NCBI RefSeq assembly: GCF_964188315.1
Contig: NC_135667.1
Span: 9,424,001-9,488,000 of the forward strand
DNA length: 64,000 bases
From: Podarcis muralis
Taxonomy: Eukaryota
Direction: 5' to 3'
Both the position numbers and the translations under genes were made by a program. Below the pieces are notes generated by a model. That model was not told the origin of the DNA and did not search any database. It was given only the letters and a program-made list of their open reading frames with translations. Shown piece after piece: positions 1 to 9,912 of the stretch (positions within the stretch are counted from its first letter, which is position 1; every line of letters begins with the position of its first letter).

Positions 1-1020
1 CCGCCATTTGTCTCGCTTTCAAAATATTGGCTTGGTAATTAGCCAGTTGCCAAGCACTATCAGGGTAAGCAGCGGCCACCAACCCCATATAAGACATGTA
101 CGTAGTTAACCAGTTATCAAATGTATGTTTTACGTCTACTGCCTTATCTTCCTTACGACACGGTACCGGCTTAAACTTGGAACTGCCGCAAACCCCGCCC
201 ACCTGTTGGGAAGGGAGGGCTGAAATTATCTGTGCTCCTCTGTTAAAGTTGGAGCCTCTTGGCCAAAGTGGGCAGAACCATCTGGATTCAAGTGCTCATT
301 ATTGACCACTCATCCATTCCCTCAAATATTTGTTAGAGAAGTAAAATTAAATTTAAAATTTCTTTTCTCTATCTGATGTCTGAGTGAGGGACATAATATA
401 AGATGGCAAGATATCAATGCTGTGGTATAGGTTGCAATTCCAATCACACTTATGTGGTAATAAGCCCCAATGAATTCATGAGTTTTATATCTGAGTAGAT
501 GTGCATATGTTTGTAGTCCTAGATGCCTTTGTAATGCACCCAGTGAACTTCATGGATGAGTTCGGATTTTAAACCTTGAGCACAGTTACAAGTCAAAAAT
601 AAACAATGGCTTTTAGGATAAGATAATGTGAGATAAACAGAAAGAAGCTAGCAGGAAAAATAAGAGTTAGAAACTGCGGGGGGGGGGGATCATGTCATAT
701 GCAGCAACAGAAAGAAATGGTGTGTTGAGTTGCTCCTCCTAGTTGCCTACAGAGGAGAACAAGGGACCTTTCCCAATATAACCCTTGTTTGTTTCCCAGT
801 TTATTTCCCATTTGCTTTCCTTCTATCTTGCAACAGTATTTTGGAGCACCTCCAGCATTCACCAGAAACTGTTTAGTGAAGATGCCAGGCATACTACTGT
901 GGAGTGGGGTGCCACAGTTTATGTGCCACAGAGAATGCTCATAAGGCCTCACGGTCCTGTTGGAGACTGTTTCTCATGGAAATCTGGAACCAAGGTCCCA
1001 TTTCTTATCTGTTCAGGGAG

Positions 1021-1225
1021 CAGAGAAAACTTCTGGTCACAAATGGAAGACAAGAAACAATGTGTTTCCTACAAAATGTGTCACTCAGTATCAAAGAACC
1101 TAGAAAGCAATTTACTCTCACATACACACACAATTATCCATAACACTATCATTTGCTCATACGGTCAAATCTCCAGAGACTTTAAAATGGGCAGGAGGAA
1201 ACAGTCAGTAAACAAGTCTGAAAGT
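1021..1225 (+). promoter_or_regulatory. Conserved V2R upstream module, gene A
   Basis: CAGAGAAAACTTCTGG at 1021, CAATTA at 1131, CTGAAAGT at 1218; homologous to the modules before the other first exons. Function inferred. Confidence 0.5.
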
Positions 1226-1382
1226 GGTTATGAATAAATACCTGTGCCATTGGAAGCTTGGATTAAGTGCAAGAGGCTGGCAGGGCCATATCAGACACAC
1301 TTCTGATTTTACCTGTTATAAGCTCGATGTAAGGAAATAGGTGCAAGGCAGCTCATATTTAGAAATAAGATTTGAGGGAAGC

Positions 1383-4300
1383 ATGTTAGGAAAAGCATGG
1401 CTACTGCTTCTTCTGCCTTCCATTGTGTCCAAAGTAGGTCCCATGAAATGTCTCACAGGTGATCCCCTGCCTATACCACATGAATGGTACCAGCCAGGTG
1501 GTCTCCTCATTGGTGAGATTACTTCTCAGATCATTTACTTTTTCCATGAAGTTTCGTTCAAGGAACATCCTATTCACAACCTCTTTGATATTCCACAGTA
1601 AGGATCTTCCTTTCTTGATCTTTTAAATTGCATGAATTGTGTGAATTTAGAGAAAATAAGGGGTAGTATCCCATGTTGTAATGCTTTGTGTGTGGGGAGA
1701 ATCCACAGAAGTCAAAGCATGTTATATAGCATTCATGGAAGTCAACTCTACATGTATATTATGCACTGGAAAGAGAGAGTAAATATATTGACATATTTTT
1801 CTCAAGAGATCACAAAGAGACTATGCATTACAGATGACAAATCAAATTATTTTCTGTAAGAAAGTATAACTTAAGGTTTGGCTGGCGAGAATGGTGATAC
1901 TTGAATGTAGGGAATCAGAAACAAATGTAAAAGGAATTCTTAATCCTGTTCAATTCAATTTCTCATATAGATTAATGGGATTACACCATAACAGCTTCAT
2001 GCATTGGAGATACATCTTTTGAATTAGGAAAAAAAAGTCTATTGTCATGGTGGTGACCAAGTCCTAGCAGAATGAATTTCCTTTGGCTTTTGCTGCAAAT
2101 GAATTCAACTCAGTAACACACAGGAATTCCTAGGTTTATAGAATAAGGAATTTGTGTATTTTATATTCACCTTCTGAATTAATGAGAGTAACATTATTGA
2201 CAGTGCCGTTACCAAGTTCTACCAGCATATTCTGGCCTTGGTGTTTGCCATAAATGACATCAACAAGAATCCCAAGATGCTACCTAATGTCACACTTGGT
2301 TTCCACATCTCTGACAGTTTTTATGATGCAAAGATGACCTATCGCACCACCCTGGATCTGATCTTCAAGTCAGAGAGTTTTCTTCCCAACTTCGAATGTG
2401 GGGCACAAAAAAACCTCCTAGCAATTATTGGAGGACTTGGCTCTGACACCTCTTTCCGTATGAGGGACATCACTGGTCTCTACAAGATCCCACAGGTATT
2501 ATGTACTCAGGGGTATGTGGGGATAGCAATACTCAATTTGGAAGTTTACAAGAAAGAAGCAATATTATTAAAATCGTTTTCATTGAACTATTTTCATGGA
2601 TAACAAAGATGCATATAACTTTTTTTTTTTTTTCATTTCATAGAGTCCTATCTACAGGTCAGTTACATTTTGTGTGATTCATTGCTATCATAGCCATTGT
2701 GATGTGTGGAGGGGAGAAAATGTGGGGAAGGAGGGGTGGGAGAAAGAGGGGGTGATGATTTTTCCTTCTTTTGCATAGTGCTTGTGGTGTTTTTTTGTTT
2801 CATCATCATGTGGCTAGGTTCTTCATCTATTTGTTTATCAGTTTTCATCAGTGGTAAGAGAGATTGAGGAACCAGAAAGAAGCAATATTAATGACAAAAA
2901 TTAAAATTTTGGGAATAGTATTAGCTTTTGATAATTTGATAAAATTAACATAGAAGTGTCCTTTACTAGTTCTCAGCAATTGCATACAACTTCAAAAGTG
3001 GATATTGCATCAACCCAATCCTAAACACAGCCTCTTGAAACAGCCTAAACCAACTAGCCATTATTGGAGGACCGGGCTCTGACATTTCTTTCAATTTGAT
3101 GAACATTTTAGGTCTATACAAGATAACACAAGTAGGATATATGCATGGGTGCTGATGGTGATAGTATTTTTCTTCTATATTTACTACTTGCATGATGTGC
3201 AGAAGAAAGAATTAGTGACTTAGAATTTGGCTGTATCTGCAAATAAAATGACATTTCAAAATTCAGCCAGAAAAAGACCCTACTCTCACCAGCTTCAAAA
3301 ATTCTTTTGGGAAATATATTTTCTCATGCAGAAGTTCCTAACAACAGCCTCCTGAAAAAGTAAACTACTCCTGACTTATCTCTGCAGTATCTGTATGTTT
3401 TCTTACAGCTTACATACGGCTCATTTGCCATAGATGAGACCAAAATAATGGAAGTTCCTCCCTTTTACCGCATGGTCCCAAACGAAAAACTTCAGTATAT
3501 GGGAATTATATGGTTACTTCAGCATTTTAGGTGGACATGGGTGGGGCTTGTTGTTGTGGATGATAACAGTGGAGAGCAATTCCTAAAAATACTGGAGCCA
3601 TTGTTTTCTAAACATGGAATCTGTTCAGCCTTCACCAAAAGAATCCCACAAGAAGCTCGTATGGAGGAGTTTATAAATCAATTTAATGATGCAAGTCCAA
3701 TTGATGTATCTTTCCAAGATCATAAAGCTGGTACAATTATCATGTATGGAGAATCTTTGACAATTTTACGGCTCAGAACTTTTATGCATTCACAAGATTC
3801 AGGAAATACAAAAAACCCATTATTTGGAAAGGTGTGGATTGTGACAACCCAAACAGATTTTATATTAACCGGTTCTATAAGAGGATGGGATTTCCAGATG
3901 TTCCAGGGTGCCATTTTATTTGCTATTCACACAAAAGAGGTTCCGGGTTTCAGGGAATTTCTTCAGAATATAAAACCTTACAGGACTGAAAGAGATGGTT
4001 TCCTCCAGAATTTCTGGGAGCAAGCATTTGATTGTTTATTTTCAGATCCAGGTATGCCTGTGATGGACGAAGACACATGTACTGGGGAGGAGAGGCCAGA
4101 AAGTCTCCTTTCGGGGCTTTTTGAAATGCACATGACTGGACACAGCTACAGTATCTATAATGCTGTTTATGCTTTGGCTCATGCTTTGCATGCCATGGAC
4201 TTTGCTAGATCCAAACATAAATCAAAGGTAGTTGGCAGCAATGTCAAACTTCAATCTCTGCAGCCTTGGCAGGTAATGTCTCTTCAGCAAATGCTTCATA

Positions 4301-5086
4301 GTTCAGTGAACAGTTTGGTACAGATTGAGAATGCATTGCTTTTTCTCCTTCTTGGATTAATAATGACAATATTCCACATCTTTCTCATTTTAAATAGTGG
4401 GTTTACATTTCATTTCTATGAATGAAACTGGAAAGGAATCCCATTCTGAAATCTTCAGCATTCTTTTATTCTGTCTATATTTCTTTCCTTTTTTTCAAAC
4501 AGCTCCACCAGTTTCTTCAAGGCATCTCATTTAATAACTCAGCTGGAGAAACTGTGTCCTTTAATGATCAATGGGAAATGAGTGGTGGATTTGACATCAT
4601 GAACTTCGTCACCTTTCCCAACAATTCCTTTCAGAGAATAAAAGTTGGAAGTGTTGTTCCTTTTGCTCCTGAAGGGAAAGTATTCACCTTTAGTGAGGAC
4701 AGAATTATCTGGCACAGATATTTTAATGAGGTATTGTTTCTGGGTCTATCTTGGTGAACCCATTGAGCTGAACTATGAAGGAATGAGTAATTTCCTCTCC
4801 CCCAGCCCCCATGATCTGATCTTGCAATGGTACATAAACTCTAAATGATTCAATGATTCCTTTCACATTCAGAAATTAGTAGCTACATTTAAATTCCAGA
4901 TAATGCTGCTCCTATTTGGAATATCATTTTACCTTTTCCATACATAGCTAATGAACTCTGAACTTTAATTCATTTCGTAGACACCTAAAGCAGGATTGTG
5001 TTTTCCTGAAATCATTGTCTTGTCCTTGCTTGTCCACTTCCTTTGCTCCATTACTGTGCTCTTGCAGTGCAGTAGTAGTAGTAGTA

Positions 5087-5134
<48 letters not shown>

Positions 5135-8007
5135 TTTCTACCATGCCCATTTGGCTGGGTTTCCCAAGCCACTTTGGGTGGCTTCCAACAGAAGGGTAAA
5201 AATACATTAAAATATCAATCATTAAAAACTTCCCTAAACAGGGCTGCCTTCAGATGTCTTCTAAATGTCATATAGTTGTTTTTCTTTGACATCTGATGGG
5301 AGGGCATTCCATAGGGCAGGCACCACTACCGAGAAGGCCCTCTGCCTGGTTCCCTGTAACTTCGCTTCTCTCAGTGAGGGAACCACCAGAAGGCCCTTGG
5401 CACTGGGCCTCAGTGTCTGGGCAGTACGATGGGGGTGGAGATGCTCCTTCAGGTATACTGGGCCGAGGCCGTTTAGGGCTTTAAAAGTCAGCAACCAACA
5501 CTTTGAATTGAGCTCAGAAGTATACAGTACATCAGCCCTGAATTTTTTACAACCATGCTACTTCAGCAGAGGTTATATTGTCATCTGTCATGGATGCTTT
5601 ATTGGAGATCCTTGCATTGCAGGGAGTTAGGCTAGATGGTCCTCATATTCACCTCCAACTCAACAGTTCTATGAGTGTATCATTCATAATGGTGTCCTTG
5701 CATGTTACATTTGACAGTGCTGGAGCTCAATGGTAGAGCATATGGTTTCCATGCAAAAGACCCCATGTTCAGTCTTTATCATTCCCAGGTTTAGACATTA
5801 CTGAGTTTGATGTGTCAAAGATCTGAGTTAATACATGATAGTACTGTAAGGTCTTCTGCATATCTCCTTTACAGTGGTACCTCAGGTTACAGGCACTTTA
5901 GGTTCCAGAATCCGCTAACCCAGAAATAGTACCTCGGGTTAAGAACTTTGCTTCAGGATGAGGACAGAAATTGCACAGCAGCGGTGTGGTGGCAGCGGGA
6001 GGCCCCATTAGCTAAAGTGGTGCTTCAGGTTAAGAAGAGTTTCAGGTTAAGAACGGACCTCCGGAACGAATTAAGTTCTTAACCCAAGGTACCACTGTAT
6101 TTGAAAAAAACCCAACCCGATTTATATTCCACTTAACTCCAATAATCTCTGAGTGGTTTACAAAGATATCAAAGATCAGTTAATACTATAAAATCAAACG
6201 AAAACTAATAAACCCACCAGAATAAAACCAGAAAAACTCTATGTTCTAGAAGTTCATTAGGGGCATCTTGAAAATTCTACTGCTGGTAAAAAAACTCAGC
6301 CATGCCAGTATGGAATAAAGTAGAATAAGTAATGAATGTGGGTGTAATTATTAGAGAAATATGACTATTCAAGTCCCTCCTATTCTGGCACATCACAGTA
6401 ATACCTCCTGACACTTTTGGTCACATTGATGACCATCTTGATAAAAACAAAAGCTTCAAGTTTCATTTTGTTCATCATAATGTTGACATTCCAGTACGTA
6501 TTCTTCTGAACATTTTCAGGCAACTTACGTACAGGCCATAGCTGTCAACTTTTCCCTTTTCTTGCGAGGAATCCTATTCAAACTAGTGGAATTTCCCTTA
6601 AAAAGGGGGGAAAGTTGACAGCTATGGTACAGGCAGCTCTATGAGCTCTACCATGATAGTTTGAATTTTACAAAAAGTAATGGAAGAGGAGGAACAGAAT
6701 GCTAATTAAATCAAAAAATCTACACAGGCAAAGGCATCCTGAATCTATATATCATTTCATTTGGTTTGAAAATGGGGCAGGGTTGTCTCCATTGTTATGA
6801 TATGTCACCAGTAAGTAAGAAATATATTTCTTCAATATCACTAATTCTTTAAAAAACAAACAAACACATTTATATGGACAGGTGGTTCCTCTTTCTGTGT
6901 GTAATGAATATTGCCACCCTGGTCATCATAAGAAAAGGAAGGAGGGTGAACAATTTTGCTGCTATGATTGTGCTCCATGTCCAGAGGGGAAGATTTCAAA
7001 CCAAACTGGTAGGTCATGTCACATTGCCATAACAAAGGGTAAAAATAATTTGCTGTGTTCAGTGAATTGACACTCAGTTGGAACTCCCCTACCCTATGCT
7101 TTCAGATATGGAAGACTGTTTCAAATGCCCAGAAGATCAATATCCAAGCAAGAATAGAAATCAATGCAACCCCAAAGTTATACATTTTCTGTCTTATGAA
7201 GAACCTTTAGGGAAAGGCTTAGCTTCAGCTACGGCTTCTTTTTCTTTCATAACAACCTTGGTGTTTGCTACCTTCATTAAACATAAAGATACCCCCATTG
7301 TCAAAGCCAACAACCGGGACCTCACCTACATTCTCCTGGTCTCCCTCCTGCTCTGCTTCCTCTCCTCTTTGTTATTCATTGGCCAACCTGGGAATGTGAC
7401 CTGCCTTCTCCGACAACCAACATTTGGAATCATTTTCTCAGTAGCTGTTTCTTGCATGTTGGCCAAGACCACTATTGTTTCTCTAGCATTCATGGCCACA
7501 AAACCAGGATCAAGAGTGAAGAAATGGATGGGGAAGAAAGTATCTTATTCAGTTGCTGTTTGTTGTTCACTCGTTCAATTGTGCTTTTGCACGGTGTGGC
7601 TCTCAACCTTTCCCCCATTCCCTGAATTAGACATCCATTCAGTGAATGAAGAAATCATTGTACAGTGTAATGAAGGGTCTGTCACCATGTTCTATTGTGT
7701 CCTGGGCTACATGGGTCTCCTGGCCATCAGCAGCTTCATTGTGGCCTTCCTGGCCCGCAAGCTACCTGACAGTTTTAATGAAGCAAAGTTCATTACATTC
7801 AGCATGTTGGCATTTTGCAGTGTTTGGCTGTCCTTTGTTCCAACTTACCTGAGCACCAGAGGAAAAGGCATGGTGGCTGTGGAGATCTTCTCCATCTTGG
7901 CCTCCAGTGCTGTGCTTCTGGGATGCATCTTTTTCCCTAAGTGCTACATCATTTTGCTGAGGCCTGAACTGAACAGCAGGGAGCAGATAATGAGGAGAAA
8001 GAATTAA
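1383..8007 (+). CDS. V2R gene A, intact, 875 aa
   Basis: Exons 1383-1597, 2204-2495, 3409-4272, 4503-4730, 6882-7008, 7106-8007. All introns GT-AG; total 2628 nt, in frame. Signal peptide, [37 protein letters not shown], Cys-rich domain, 7TM with KANNRDL and [15 protein letters not shown]. Confidence 0.93.
5071..5133. repeat. (AGT)6(AAT)15 microsatellite
   Basis: Read directly; the AAT part is the L2 tail. Confidence 0.95.
5089..5520 (-). mobile_element. L2-clade LINE 3' fragment with (AAT)n tail (intron 4 of A)
   Basis: Minus-strand translation [31 protein letters not shown], then 3' UTR and microsatellite tail. Same family at 59265. Confidence 0.8.
5586..5675 (+). mobile_element. CR1 LINE 3' tail fragment
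   Basis: GGATGCTTTA..TGCATTGCAGGGAGTTAGGCTAGATG..CCAACTC..TTCTATGA resembles the CR1 end at 58860-58944. Confidence 0.55.
5872..6097. mobile_element. Tc1/mariner (Tigger-like) MITE
   Basis: Terminal inverted repeats (TIRs) CAGTGGTACCTCAGGTTA / AACCCAAGGTACCACTG, flanked by TA on both sides. Confidence 0.9.
6537..6626. mobile_element. 90-bp hAT-type MITE
   Basis: TIRs CATAGCTGTCAACTTT / AAAGTTGACAGCTATG; perfect 8-bp TSD GTACAGGC (6529-6536, 6627-6634). Confidence 0.9.
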
Positions 8008-8385
8008 GAAAATCATCCTCTTTTCTCCAATCATATTGCTTTTCATGATGGGCAAGTATTTTACATACAGATCAGCTGCAAGGACTGTGGTGTAAAATAA
8101 TACATAAACTGTGGGCAGACAAACCACAGGCAAACAAATTGTAGAATACCAACCCGCTATTTATTCTATTTACTTAAATTTAAGAACAGGTCCTTAAGAA
8201 TGTCAGAATGCAATCAGTTACAATGGGGGCTAGAGCTTAGCCAAGTGATCAGAGGACATAGCTTCAACTGAACTCTTCCAGTGTGGAAGTGTGATCTCAA
8301 AAAAGGCACTGTGTTTTGTTAAGCAGAAATTCAACAGTTGCTGAAGGTGCATTGGACCTCATTTTCACCCTCCATTCCCTTAACC

Positions 8386-8388
<3 letters not shown>

Positions 8389-8427
<39 letters not shown>
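8389..8427. repeat. (TC)n microsatellite
   Basis: Read directly. Confidence 0.95.
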
Positions 8428-8433
<6 letters not shown>

Positions 8434-9715
8434 TGAAATTGTTCCCTTTGATCTTAAATATGATATGATCACATCTTTTGATGGAAAATTATACTCTTTT
8501 ACATACTGAACTGGATAAGTGTAAAACTATTCCATACAAGTAGTTCCACAAAATTTGTGTTTTTGTTTTTAAGATAGAGAAATGTTCCGGTAATCTCTAT
8601 GATGTTGTTACTGCAAATGCCACACTTTTAACATTTGGTGAGAAAAAAGAAGCTGGCACTGAGTATCCTTGATTATCCCCAGAGAAAAAGCACTGCACAG
8701 CTCTCATAACTCTTAAACAAAATTGAAGATTAAATAAAGCACTACCCGCCCTCTTCTTAATTCCAAGTGTTGCGCTGTTGAGATTGGCAGTGTCCTCACC
8801 CCATTTATGACACATCTGGCGGGGGATTTCAGAGTTTTAGGGGAAGGGGCAAAAAGATATTGTGCCATGGCAATGGCTATTATTGACTTCTTTTTTTCCT
8901 AATGGTGATCTGCATTAACACAATAAATGTATTTATTTCTGTCTATCTGTCTGTTGATTGACCATTTGATATAGACATGATCTTTATATTTTTATTGCAT
9001 CAACTAGCTATTGGAGCAAAAAGTAAAGCAATAACTGCCATTACTATCCAAAATGTATATAACCCACCCACGGTCTGTGTGAATCTGCAGTCTGCGTTAA
9101 TTTGTAGTCTTTACTCACACAAGCAAAGAAAGCAGGGTTGGCAGGCACCATCCAACAGCTAATCATTGGCATTTCCAAAGCCCTATTCCTTTACTCCTAT
9201 AGTTTGTTAGTAAGACATGGTAGCAAAATCACATGATGCCAAGTGATTGGCAGGTGGGTAAGATGAAACTCTAATTCTAGGATAGAAACGCCTTCATTGC
9301 AGGACTATCATTGCTTGGGTTATTTAGTCAAGTTACTGGCTTTACCAAAGTGTGTCACTCTCCTGATTTAATTGGTTTTGCAGAGACACAGTGGAATCTT
9401 GGGTTATGGATGCAATTCGTGATGGAGGCACGTCCACAGCCCGCAGCATTCACATCCTAAACCATTGCGTCTGCTCAGGGGCTGGCGCGACCATTTCCCA
9501 TGGTCCGCAACCCAAAAACACATAACCTGAAGCTTCCGTAACATGAGGTATGACGGTATCAGGAAACAAAAAAAAATTCTCATTGCTTCATGGCATAGAA
9601 GGGATATTTGTGGACATTTAGATGTCATTGAATCTTTGATCTTGCAGGCAGGAATCCACAGAAGTTGTTGTCCATCAACAAAGTGCCAAATTAATAATGC
9701 ACCTGCTTTAGGGAA

Positions 9716-9912
9716 CAGAGAAGAGTTGTGGACTGTTCCATAAAGATGAAGAAACTTTTTCCCTACCCAAAGTGTCACTCCGTATCAAATCTCTGAAGAA
9801 GCAATTATTTCTCTCTGCAATTATCCAAAATATTATAATTTGCTCACCTTTCTGAAGTTTCTGATGCTTTCTAGAAGGCAAGAGAAAACAGTCAGTAAGC
9901 AAGCCTGAAAGT
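9716..9912 (+). promoter_or_regulatory. Conserved V2R upstream module, gene B
   Basis: CAATTA at 9802 and 9818, CTGAAAGT at 9905. Confidence 0.5.

Noticed and set aside
1-220. Sequence absent from the paralogous block at ~15840, possibly the end of an LTR or other insertion
   Set aside because: Truncated by the window edge; no terminus or TSD can be verified.
2711-2752. G-quadruplex-like G runs in intron 2 of A
   Set aside because: Not conserved in the collinear intron of C; such runs are common.
4273-4425. Exon 3 ORFs run into intron 3 with hydrophobic tails (also 35684-35812), suggesting membrane-anchored truncated isoforms
   Set aside because: T-rich intron sequence encodes Leu/Phe/Ile by default; tails are not conserved between paralogues and the donors are canonical.
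4948-5275. ORFs with poly-Ile/Leu/Asn/Ser runs
   Set aside because: They are translations of the (AGT)n(AAT)n L2 tail, not proteins.
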